A DNA stretch of 64,000 bases. Source: Chiloscyllium plagiosum (taxonomy: Eukaryota). Shown piece by piece: positions 12,802 through 23,754 of the stretch. Numbering within the stretch: position 1 is the stretch's first letter; the number at the start of each line of letters is the position of its first letter. A program made the position numbers and the translations under genes. Location of the stretch: positions 73,165,972-73,229,971 of the forward strand of contig NC_057711.1 in the NCBI RefSeq assembly GCF_004010195.1, in the 5' to 3' direction. The notes below the pieces were generated by a model. It was given only the letters and a program-made list of their open reading frames with translations. It ran no database searches and was not told the DNA's origin.

Positions 12802-13429
12802 ACTAAATTAGGTTAGGATATCTGGTCAGCATGGGCGAATTGGACCAAAGGGTCTGTTTCCATGCTTGACATCTCTATGACTTATGACTCTATGAATGGC
12901 CATCAACTGAAAATGTTAACCTTATTTCACTCTCCTTAGATGATCCTGCTGACAGGGCTACCAACCATTCTGGAAGAGCCAACAGGCATTGAAAGCAACC
13001 TGGAAATTTTAAAACAATAGAATTCCATTAATTGATTTCTAGCAACAAGAGTCTATTTTACTGATTGTGGTCACAGGTACCATTCCTCTGCAAGGTGGCA
13101 TGGTACATATGTGCCACCGTTGCACACATGTTCAGCCCCAAACTTTCACTGCCTTTGCCTGCCTAGAAAATTCATACCCACCAATCCAGTTCCAGCACAG
13201 CCTAGAAAGCTTTAATTGCTCCTGAGATCCTGACTGACAATCTTGTAAGGCCAAGTCTTTGGCTAAAAAGGGGCACTGCACCCTGCTTTGTTGCTGCCAT
13301 TACCAAAACTCCAAATTGTTCAAATCCTTGGAATAACACATAGAATACATTTCACCTGAAAGAAATGATATCACCTTTGCTTCTGCTTCCCCTTTTGCAT
13401 ATCATTCCTTCTAGTTTATATTAAAATGT

Positions 13430-15230
13430 AATTGTTGGTTGCACAATGACTGGCACAATTTAGCACAATCTATGTACAATAAGCTAATTGCTTTCAATGG
13501 GTCTGACATCCCTTGCATTGGGATAATTGATTATAAAGGTCAATACAGTTCCCTGGGTTCAACATCTGAAAAGTTCTACATTGTTGATGCAGCAGGACCT
13601 TTTCTGATTTTTTTTTCAGCATGCACAAATCTATGTATTATTATGATCTGTGAGATAACAAATCCATCAGTTTAGCACCAAATTGCATGGCTTTGCAAAG
13701 CAAAAATTTCAGACTGCAACCTTGTCCACATTCATTTTTGGTCAGAGCCAAGTAGACCTTATTCAGCAAGCTGCATCAGATGATCACTATCATCACCAGG
13801 TGATATGAGTGAATCTTTAACAGGCCCACAAACTAGCATGTTCATTCTAAATAGGACCCCCAAGTAATGTAATCTCAAAGGCAAACAAAAGGTGATTGTG
13901 CAAGTTCCACGTCAATATATGCTGGACCACATACATTTAGGTCACATGGGCTCAGGAAAAAAATACAAGAGATTGGTGCATGAATCTATATATTGGCATG
14001 ATATATATAATAAGAACATCAACCAGCTATTCAAATCGTGGGAGACATGTCAACTGCATCAACATCAACAATGACAGTATCGCTCCTTCCTCTTGAGATT
14101 CCTTTCATGTCGAGGTGCAAGATCACTATTGTTATTTCCATATTTAAAGAAATAATTACATTTTGGTCACTGACTACTTCACCAACTTCCCCTTTATGCA
14201 ACAAATCAAAGATACCATTAGTGCAATAGTTTTGACACATTAAATGCCATATTTATTATATTTGATGTGGCTCAACAAATTGTGGTCGAAAAATGTGATG
14301 CTGGAAAAACACAGCAGGTCAGGCAGCAACCAAAGAGCAGGAGAATCAACATTACAGGCATAAACCCTTCATCAGAATGCTGCCTGACCTGCTGTGCTTT
14401 TCCAGCGCCACAATGTTTGACTCTGATCTTCAGCATTAGCAGTCCTCACATTCTCCTAATCAACAAAGTGTGCTTGACTAAAGTCCACTGTGCACTAATG
14501 TATCCTTCCAAGATGTGTAGGAAATGTGACTTTAAAAATATTATCTCTTCTCCTTTTCGCTCTCAAATGAACAGCCTGGCAAAATGCACTGTTTGTGCTG
14601 TAAAATCCATGATAGTCAAAAGTGGCTTGCTAAGATTTTTAGTGGCTGTGCTAAATCTGCTTGCTACTTCTCCAATGAGTTTACTCTCAATGGCAGCTCT
14701 CATATTTGGAAGGCAGAGCGACTCAGTTTTTCTTACCCACACTCTCAGCTTCCAACCATATGTGTGTGATGAAAGAGAGAAGGGAATGGTATAAAGCATA
14801 ATCAAAAAGCATCCAGGCAGTTTTTCACTTGAACCAGGGCAGAATGTGAGAATTCAAGTATTACGAACAAACATATAGCTCAGTGGAAAGAGATTACAGT
14901 TGTTTTGTGTAGCCTTCGCCATGTAATGCTGTAATGACAAATGGTTAAATTCTATGAATAAATAGGCAAACGTCTGAACAGGATGGAATCAACTATCAGT
15001 TACACAAGATAGTGACTACTGACACATCTATGACAAATTACATATATCCATTTGTGAAGACACGTATGGCACACATGGCCAAGGCATGAAATTTGTCCAA
15101 GGACTGGGTCTGGTTGTGTCACACGTCCACTAGAGCATTGTCCAAATATGTAGAAATATTGTATCTATATGCGTTATTGTACTTGTTAACGGAAAAGGGT
15201 TCCAATTCTTTAACAAGAAAAGGTGCAGGA
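13430..15230 (+). mobile_element. Highly decayed Gypsy-type LTR retrotransposon pol remnant
   Basis: Protease-like LIAFNGSDIPCIG/FYIVD. Integrase Zn-finger HLGHMG...IYW...CQ (13892-14074). Integrase-core-like SSP..SQMNSLA....VKS. Purine tract followed by TGTT at 15231. Confidence 0.65.
14286..14458. mobile_element. Fold-back Penelope family A short element
   Basis: Inverted arms gctggaaaa..cagcaggtcaggcagca / tgctgcctgacctgctg..ttttccagc, flanked by tcaacaaa.tgtg on both sides. Confidence 0.75.
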
Positions 15231-15346
15231 TGTTATATGGATTTCAGATAGGAATGACGACAGTGGTATAATATGACGGGCAACATTCAAGTATAAAAGT
15301 GCCGATTTCACCTTCAATCATTCTTTGTAAAAATGGAGTCAGTGTG

Positions 15347-16174
15347 TAGAACATAGAACATAGAACAATACAGCACAGAACAGGCCCTTCGGCCCACGAT
15401 GTTGTGCCGAACATTTGTCCTAGCTTAAGCACCCATCCATGTACATATCCAATTGCCACTTAAAGGTCACCAAAGATTCTGACTCTACCACTCCCACAGG
15501 CAGCGCATTCCATGCCCCCACCACTCTCTGGGTAAAGAACCCACCCCTGACATCTCCCCTATACCTTCCACCCTTCACCTTAAATTTATGTCCCCTTGTA
15601 ACACTCTGTTGTACCCGGGGAAAAAGTTTCTGACCGTCTACTCTATCTATTCCTCTGATCATCTTATAAACCTCTATCAAGTCACCCCTCATCCTTCGCC
15701 GTTCCAACGAGAAAAAGTCTAGCACTCTCAACCTATCCTCGTACGACCTATTCTCCATTCCAGGCAACATCCTGGTAAATCTTCTCTGCACCCTCTCCAA
15801 AGCTTCCACATCTTTCCTAAAGCGAGGCGACCAGAACTGCACACAGTACTCCAAATGTGGCCTAAACAAAGTCCTGTACAGCTGCAACATCACTTCACAA
15901 CTCTTGAATTCAATCCCTCTGCTAATGAACGATAATACTCCATAGGCCTGAGTGGCATCCTCACTATCCACAACTCCATCAATCTTCGTATCATCTGCAA
16001 ATTTACTGATCCACCCTTCGACTCCCTCATCCAAGTCATTAATAAAAATTACGAACAGCAGAGGACCCAGAACTGATCCCTGCGGAACTCCACTTGTAAC
16101 TGGGCTCCAGGCTGAATATTTACCATCTACCACCACTCTCTGACTTCGACCGGTTAACCAGTTTTCTATCCACA
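15347..16174 (-). mobile_element. Young CR1 LINE 3' fragment with internal deletion
   Basis: ORF 15420-16175 with [25 protein letters not shown]; (TTCTATG)n tail; CpGs retained. Confidence 0.95.
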
Positions 16175-16589
16175 ATTGGTCTCACTATTGCAATGCACAA
16201 TAGTGAGACTAATAAGCACAGAACTCAAGACTGTAGATGTCTGTGATAGGATAGCAATTTAAATCATTAGTATTGCCTCAACCAGAGGCCACTCTTCGTA
16301 ACATGTAACATGGACTAACAAATAAAACAGCACTTGGGCTTTATCATACTGACAGCGGTGCTTGACCCGTGAAACTGCAAAGTAACCTGGTAACACATTT
16401 CTCATCCCTAGGAAAGCAAAAAAGCAGTTTATTGAAAACAAATTTGAAAGTGACAAGTCAAACGACATCATATTAGGAGAGAAAAATAATGTCGCTGAAG
16501 TTTGATTAAGAGTTGTCGACAATAATCTCGAAGTGCCTTCCTGCTGCTTCTGCATATATCAGATTTCCAGCACCTACAGAGAGTTACAT

Positions 16590-16815
16590 TTCCACAGCCC
16601 CTCCCCCATCTGTGACGCATAAAACCAGCTGCTGCCTCCACGGAAGCAATGATGACGTCCAAGCTACCGCATGGACGTGACGGCACTTGACCAATCATCG
16701 CTCCCTATGTAAATACGGACCCGAGGGTCTTTCCAGATTGGCTGCCTCCGACCGGCCCGTTGTGACGTAATTGAGGGTGACACTGGGTTTGAGGTCAGAG
16801 GGCGGAGCGGTTGCT
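16590..16815 (+). promoter_or_regulatory. JTB: CpG-rich housekeeping-type promoter and probable non-coding first exon of JTB
   Basis: Local CpG enrichment outside repeats. CRE-like TGACG at 16613, 16653, 16678 and TGACGTAA at 16763. ETS CGGAAG 16641, CCAAT 16691, ATTGG 16737, GGGCGG 16800. Donor GTGAGT at 16816. Confidence 0.7.
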
Positions 16816-17175
16816 GTGAGTAAACAGGTTGTTGTGGGAGAGGATTAATGTACCTGAACCTGGGTCCCGGGGCGAGGCCCACTGCATCTCCCGGGGAGTT
16901 GGGAAAGCCCGGACCTGTTGATGGCCTTCCTTCCCGGTCTGCATTGCTGTCCAGGTCACTGCAGGAGAACCATTACAGCGTCGTGAAACAGTGTTGCGTA
17001 TCTGATTCTCTTGACTCTCCAATGAAAATATTGGAGTTGGGAAACCGGGTTGTTTGTGTTGGGGGTCACATGGGCCTCCAGGAAAATGTCTTAACTCGTG
17101 TTGACCGGTCCTGAGCCCAAAGCAATGACTGTTTCCACTGAACTGAATCCTGTCTTATTTGTTTCTCTTGCTCAG

Positions 17176-17260
17176 ATGTGAGGCTCTTTAAGTTTTCAAA
17201 CTGGGGTGTACGACGTTATCCTCAGTAATCGAATCGGGTTATGTTGATCTGATTTGGCAG
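17176..17260 (+). other. Candidate non-coding 5' UTR exon of JTB
   Basis: Acceptor tttctcttgctcAG and donor CAG/GTattg; stops in all three frames. Confidence 0.4.
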
Positions 17261-18007
17261 GTATTGATGGTCGGTTGTTAACATAGGTGTTAATAACGAG
17301 CATTGAAGTTTTCAGCACTTCCAAGGATATTACCACAGGCTAGAGACTGAAAATAACCTGTCTTATGTTTGTGTATTTTTGCTTCTAATATTCCATCTCC
17401 ATTGATGAGCTAGGAGTTAGATTTCAAAGCTATGATATTGTGATAAGGTAGCTTAATTTCTTTGGTAACTCCAACTTGCAAGTTATTTCTTTGTAATTGT
17501 GTCTAATGGATGTAGCTGGCTGCAGTTAGTAAATGACATCTGTTCTACAGGTCAGTTTGGAGCAAATTATTTGTTTTGTGAATGTAGGCCTCTGCTGTTA
17601 ATCTTTTGACAAAGTAGGTCAAAAAAAATTTGGCTTCTTGAAACGTGCAATGTTTGAGCACTTCAAATAGGTTGCAAGTTTAGGTTGGCTGGAGAGTTTA
17701 CGACTAAGACCATAAGAGAGGAACAGGAGTAGGCCGTTGGCCCCATGTGCCTGCCCTACCATTTAACAGGATCATAGCTGATCTGACATCCTAATGTCCA
17801 CTTTCCTGTCTTTCCATGTAACTCTTAGATTCTTGACTAATAAGGAAATTATCATATCTTGGCCTTAAATGTACACAAGGACTCTGTCTTCAGCTCTCTG
17901 GCAAGAAGATCCAAAGACATTTAACCCTCAGATGAAATTCTTCCTCATGTTGGTCTTGAACTAGTACCCCTTTATTCTGAGATTGTGCCCTCCATTCCCA
18001 TGAGGGG

Positions 18008-18295
18008 AGACAAGGTGGCTCAGTGGTTAGCACTGTTGCCTCACCGCACCAGGGACCCGGGTTCAATTCCAGCCTCAGGCTATTGTCTGTGTGGAGTTTG
18101 CACATTCTCCCCTTGTCTGCGTGGGTTTCCTCTGGATGCTCTGGTTTCTTTCCACAGTCCAAAGATGTGTAGGTTAGGTGCATTAGTCAAGGGTAATATA
18201 AGGTAGGGGAATGGTTCTGGCTGGGTTACTCTTCGAAGGTCACTGTGGACTTGTTTGGCCAAATGACCTGTTTCCACATTGTAGGGATTCGTCTA
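18008..18295 (+). mobile_element. HE1-type V-SINE
   Basis: tRNA-like head GGTGGCTCAGTGGTTAGC...GGTTCAATTCC, V-domain tgtgtggagtttgcacattctcc, CR1-like tail. Confidence 0.9.
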
Positions 18296-18445
18296 TGATG
18301 ATTTACCATATCAAACTCTGAAGAATCCTATATATTTAATGAGATTACCTTTCAATCTTTAAGTTAGCTGCAATTTCCCTTTCATGAAGCCATGCTGACT
18401 CTGCTTGATTTGATTATGAGCTCCCCCTTATGGGAGTATGAGTAG

Positions 18446-18782
18446 CCTGGTCGCTCAGTAGTTAGCATTGCTATCTCTCAGTGCCAGGGACCTGTGATTG
18501 ATTCCAGCCCTGGGCAACTGTCTGTGTGGAGCTTGCAACTTTCTCCCAGGGTCTCTGTGGAATTCTGCCAGGTGCACAGGTTTCCTTCCCACAGTCCAAA
18601 GATGTGCAGGTTAGGTGAATTGGCCATGCTACTTTGCCCATAGGGTCCAGGGCTATGCAAGCGAGGTGGATTAACCATGGCAAATGCAGGGATAGGGTGA
18701 ATCTAGGTGAGATGCTCTTTGGAGAGTCAGTGTGGACTCGATGGGACAAATAGCCTATTTCTGTGCTGTAAGGGTTTTATGA
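18446..18782 (+). mobile_element. HE1-type V-SINE (older)
   Basis: Degenerate head, V-domain and cacagtccaaagatgtgcaggttagg. Confidence 0.85.
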
Positions 18783-20419
18783 TTAATAATTGATTCCACC
18801 ATTTTCCCAACAATAGTTATGAACCAAATCGGCTCATAGTTATCTGCTTTTAAATCAGGTTGTCACATTGACATTTTTCCAATTCCCTGTACTTCAGAAC
18901 TTCTCCAGAATCCAAGGATTTCTGAAAAATTACAATTAATACATCTGTCTCTGTAGCTTCTTTTAGGATTCTCAAATGCAAGCCAGTTATCTACTTTTAG
19001 CCCATTAGTTTGTCTAATGCTATTTCTCTAGTGATGATGGAACATAATTCTACCAACATAATTATTTAGTATGAATGGAATGTTCAAAGTTTCTTTCATT
19101 AAAGATTGATGCAAAATATCTGTTTAACTTCTGTGCCAGTTCCTTGTTCCCCATTACACTCTTTCCAGATTAACTTTCTGAGGGCCTTATGTTCACTTGG
19201 ACTTCTCTCTCTCTTATATAATTAAAGAAGCTTTTATTGTCATCCTCACTTGTTTATTTTCTCAGTGTTCATATATTCAGTACTCCTTTCCTGGATTCTG
19301 AATTTATTCCAGTCTTTCATGCTATCACTGACTTTTGCCGTGATATGCTTTTTCTTTCAACTTCTGTACTGTTCTTAACTTCCTGAGTTAGCTATGGTTG
19401 GTTTATCTTCGAATCTTTCCAGCTGAGAGTCATGAAGTACCTCTTAAATGTATGTTGCTGCTTTCTTATTGTCTTTTCTGTTAACTTATCTACCCAGTTC
19501 ATTTTTACTAATTCTATCCTCATTTCATTGTATTTCATTTGATTTAAATTAAACAGTTTTTTGACTCCAGTTTCTCTCACTTAACATGATAAACTGAATA
19601 TTAAATTCTATGATCACTAATTCCTAGGGGATCTTTTACTTGGAGGTCTCTTTTTAAACCTCCTCATCACCCATTACTAGATCAATAGACACCTTGCTTC
19701 TTGATTTGTTTCCAAGCAATATTGCTGTAAGAAACTATGCATAGTGCACTCTGAATTTGTTTATGTAGTTACCTTTTCCAGCACAATTGACCCAATCAAC
19801 ATGAAGATTAAAGTCACCCACAATTATTGCTCTATTCTTTTTGCATGCTCCTATTATTTGTTGATACACTCCCTTTCCTATAGCTTGAAATTGTTTGGGG
19901 TCTATACGTCACTCCTACCAATGTCTTTCCCTTCCTGTTGTTTGTCTTCACCCAAATGGATCTACATCACCTGAGCTGAAATCATCTCTCACAACTGTCC
20001 TCATTTCATTTCTGAACAGTGCTACCCAACTACCTTCTCCTTTCCTCCCATCTCTTGGGAAGGTTAAATGTCCCTCAAATGTTAAGTTCTCAGTCTTGTT
20101 CTACTTGTATAACCATATTTCACAATGGCTGAGATTATATTCGTTCACCTCTTGAACTAACCGATTACTTGGGATCCTACCTTTCACGAGCCATTATACT
20201 TTACTTCAGAGTGGATGCCATATCTGTCATTAGCAATCTTTAAAGAAGAGAAGGAAGAATGGTATCAGAGATTAACCGATCATTCATCTTTTTTCTGTTT
20301 GTGGTTCCAAACTGTTTACTGTGACTGTACATTTGCTTGCATAATTTAAAATTCTGTCACTTATTCAGTTCATTTTGAGTTTGGGAAGCTCTTAAATCAT
20401 GAAGTATGCTGTATAAATA

Positions 20420-20636
20420 CAGATTGTTGTAGAAGAACTCAATGGTTGCGATCTTATGCAACTCCTCATTGTAGAAAAATCACGTTTTAGAAACAGTGCT
20501 TAGTGTTGGCTGTAATGAGATTACATCGCCAACAACCATTTTAAATGTTTGTGCTTTGGAAACAGTGTCCCCAATTCATTAATTGCATTACAGTGAACTT
20601 GTGTTAATGAAATATGTGTTGTAGCAGAACAATCTG
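20420..20636. mobile_element. Putative Tc1/mariner-Tigger type MITE
   Basis: 9-bp terminal inverted repeat CAGATTGTT...AACAATCTG, preceded by TA on the left. Confidence 0.45.
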
Positions 20637-20787
20637 AATGTTTTTTTTGCCTATTTGGAACTTTGCTGTTCTAAGTCTGGGAATGACTTCCAAATAGTAA
20701 TCTCGTTTTAAAATTTAAATCTAATATGCAACTGGCTAATTTACTTATATTAACTGACCATGCTAATGTTGTTATTGTTCCTAGGTA

Positions 20788-21000
20788 GCTGAAAATGTGT
20801 TGCTGGAAAAGCACAGCAGGTCAGGCAGCATCCAAGGAGCAGGAGAATCAACGTTTCAGGCATGAGCCCTTCTTCAGGAAGAAGGGCTCATGCCTGAAAT
20901 GTCGATTCTCCTGCTCCTTGGATGCTGCCTGACCTGCTGCACTTTTCCAGCAACACATTTTCAGCTCTGATCTCCAGCATCTGCAGTCCTCACTTTTTCC
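20788..21000. mobile_element. Fold-back Penelope family A short element with hammerhead on the - strand (20850-20877)
   Basis: ~85-bp inverted arms centred near 20878; direct repeat tattgttcctaggtagc on both flanks (20773-20789, 21001-21017). Confidence 0.85.
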
Positions 21001-21410
21001 TATTGTTCCTAGGTAGCCTGTATTAACACACACGCTGTGCCTCGGTGTAGAAGTTGCTTCAATAAAGCTAAATTGAGTGCAGGATTCCTGTTCTTCATTC
21101 CACTGGCATTCAGGAAGACTCCTTTTTTTAAAAGTAAAGTGACGAGAATGTTGCATAGTACATTTTATTTTTAAAAATAATGCTATTTTAAAATAACTGG
21201 GATGGATTACTAAGAGTAGCCTCATTTTTGGGGGGGTTGGAGTAGCTTTAGGGTTTTGACTTTTTTTCCATTTGAAAGACTAATGGATTACACAGTTTAA
21301 CTGTGTTCCAGTTTGTTTGGGCAACCTGCCTGTGGAACAGGTGAGAGTGAGGTCTTAAATGAATATTTCTCATCTGTATTCAGAGGAGAAAGACATTGTA
21401 GCTGGGGAAG

Positions 21411-21910
21411 NNNNNNNNNNNNNNNNNNNNNNNNNNNNNNNNNNNNNNNNNNNNNNNNNNNNNNNNNNNNNNNNNNNNNNNNNNNNNNNNNNNNNNNNNN
21501 NNNNNNNNNNNNNNNNNNNNNNNNNNNNNNNNNNNNNNNNNNNNNNNNNNNNNNNNNNNNNNNNNNNNNNNNNNNNNNNNNNNNNNNNNNNNNNNNNNNN
21601 NNNNNNNNNNNNNNNNNNNNNNNNNNNNNNNNNNNNNNNNNNNNNNNNNNNNNNNNNNNNNNNNNNNNNNNNNNNNNNNNNNNNNNNNNNNNNNNNNNNN
21701 NNNNNNNNNNNNNNNNNNNNNNNNNNNNNNNNNNNNNNNNNNNNNNNNNNNNNNNNNNNNNNNNNNNNNNNNNNNNNNNNNNNNNNNNNNNNNNNNNNNN
21801 NNNNNNNNNNNNNNNNNNNNNNNNNNNNNNNNNNNNNNNNNNNNNNNNNNNNNNNNNNNNNNNNNNNNNNNNNNNNNNNNNNNNNNNNNNNNNNNNNNNN
21901 NNNNNNNNNN
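21411..21910. other. Assembly gap (500 N)
   Basis: Run of N, preceded by a CR1 ORF2 fragment (EVLNEYFSSVF). Confidence 1.
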
Positions 21911-23544
21911 GATTTCATTCCCACCTTTTAAACATGTAGTTCATTTCAACTAAGGCAGAATCCTTCCTCTTGGGCTAGAAAAGGGAAATAGTCAAAACTT
22001 TGCTTAGTAATTTGTATTGGGTTAGTATGGAAAGATGACCAGTGTCAGCTATAAACAAGATGACTATAGTTCAAATCTTTTGATAAGTATTGGCCTACTT
22101 ACCTTTTGGTGCAGTTTGTCACATGTTTTTCTGACCCAGAATCCTTCTCAACTGAAGCAGCTTACACAGGCTATGCAGAGGCAGCAACAGAATGGATCAG
22201 TGCTGAAACCACCCCCCTTTTTTTTTTTTTATTTAGCAAAACGTCATGTGTTTTAATGGTCCATTATGCTCTGAGGGTACTGAGTATATGTAGGTGTGAC
22301 AGGCTGCTGAGGGAGTGGGGTACATATGGGTGCCAGGTAAATTGGTGAGGGTTTGGGGTAAGTCGGGGCAGGTTTGGGAAGGGTAGAATCAGACTTTTGT
22401 AATGTGGCAAATCTGCTAGGGTAGATTTGGGATTCGAAGGGATAATAAGGGTTTGGTAAACGGTTTTTTCTTGGAGAGGAGATTGAGAAGTTTACAAAGT
22501 CATGAGGTCTGGATGGAAAGTTGTTCCTGCTTGTGAAAGAATGAAGAATGAAAGGCTGCAGATTTTAAATGTATTTGCTACAGTTGCAATTCCATGTGGG
22601 GGGGGGGAAAAGCTTTGGTTCTGGAATGCACTGCCTTGAAGTGTGGTGGACGCAGGTTCAGTTGAGGCAATCAAGAAGACATTAGATGATTATCAAATAG
22701 AAACAATGTGCAAGGCTAATGGAGAATGCAGGAGTATTTAGTTCATTTGGAAAGCTGTGTGGATACAGTGCACCAAATGGCCTCCAATGATTGTGATCTT
22801 TCTAGTACCGAGCAGAACATGAACTTTGGAATTGATTTTGTGACTATTATGTATACCTAATTTCAAAGGCCCTTTTAAAAAGTAAACATTAATTTCGTCT
22901 GAGCATAAGAATTTATTTTGTTCTACTAACTACAAAGTATATAGCCTGATTTTGAAAAGTGGAATAATGCATTTGGACCTAATTTACCAACACAGATTAC
23001 TGATAATAAAATTCAGTTGAAAGATTCAGTTAAAATACTGAATAGAAACTTCAAAGACCATAGTGAGATTGCTGGCTCAAGTTTTGAACTTCCCAACTGT
23101 TGCCATACAAACTTTTGAAATCTTTCAGCAAGCAAGATGCATAATCAATTTTTTATAATTGGTTGTTATCCTCTTTCAATATTTGTCACTAGTTCTAAAT
23201 TGCATCACTTTTGGTCCATTACCAGTTTAAATTGCTCACAAGTGTGCATGATGAATTACTCATGTCACTTTTATCAGAATATCTTGACTGCACAAAATTA
23301 AATATGAAAGAAAATGCAGTTTTAATTGGTCATAGAGATATACAGCACAGAAACAGACTCTTGGGTCCAACTAATCCTAATTGGTTTAATAATGTATACA
23401 ATATTTACACTTTTGTATAATGCATTTACAAAGTTCATCTTAGTTAATTTTGCTTTTTTTAATTTAAAATTGAGGAGTGCAGCATAACAGCTTGTTTGTT
23501 TATATAATTATAATTCAGTGAACTTGTTGTCTGGATTCTTCTAG

Positions 23545-23585
23545 AGCATGTGATGCTGTGCCATTGCAGTCAGAAAGGAATGCAA
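23545..23585 (+). CDS. JTB: JTB coding exon (equivalent to human exon 2)
   Basis: Acceptor ttcttctAG, donor GTAAGT. 41 nt, phase 2 to 1, reading ACDAVPLQSERNA(T); joins in frame to the next exon and resembles human CQAEAPVQEEKLSA. Confidence 0.75.
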
Positions 23586-23754
23586 GTAAGTACTGAAATG
23601 ATTAAATTAACAAGTAGCAAAATTTACTGTAATTTTTGGAGAGAGCAAGAAAAAAAGGACAAGTCCTAACTGCCATTGAAACCAGTGTAATGCAAGGATA
23701 TGATGTTTTGACGACAAAAATATGCATCCCTATAGACAGACATGTTATTATTAG

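Larger units (their letters stand above)
8095..12895 (+). mobile_element. Near full-length decayed CR1 LINE (ORF1 esterase part, ORF2 APE+RT, 3' tail) with nested insertions
   Basis: ORF1 SGNH-like VIEESLV..TDRRFCG / IVVHIGTNNIG. ORF2 motifs [50 protein letters not shown]. Tail atgactctatg at ~12885. Confidence 0.92.
17705..20150 (-). mobile_element. Old CR1 LINE remnant carrying two SINE insertions
   Basis: (taagac/cataag)-type tail, aagccatgctgact and other reverse-complement CR1 ORF2 segments; heavily degraded. Confidence 0.65.

Noticed and set aside
16848..17114. 88-aa ORF in the CpG region as a standalone gene
   Set aside because: No recognisable homology; GC-rich sequence downstream of a splice donor gives such ORFs by chance. 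Kept only as a weak JTB first-exon candidate.
21313..21939. Three long ORFs in the track
   Set aside because: They only span the 500-N gap.
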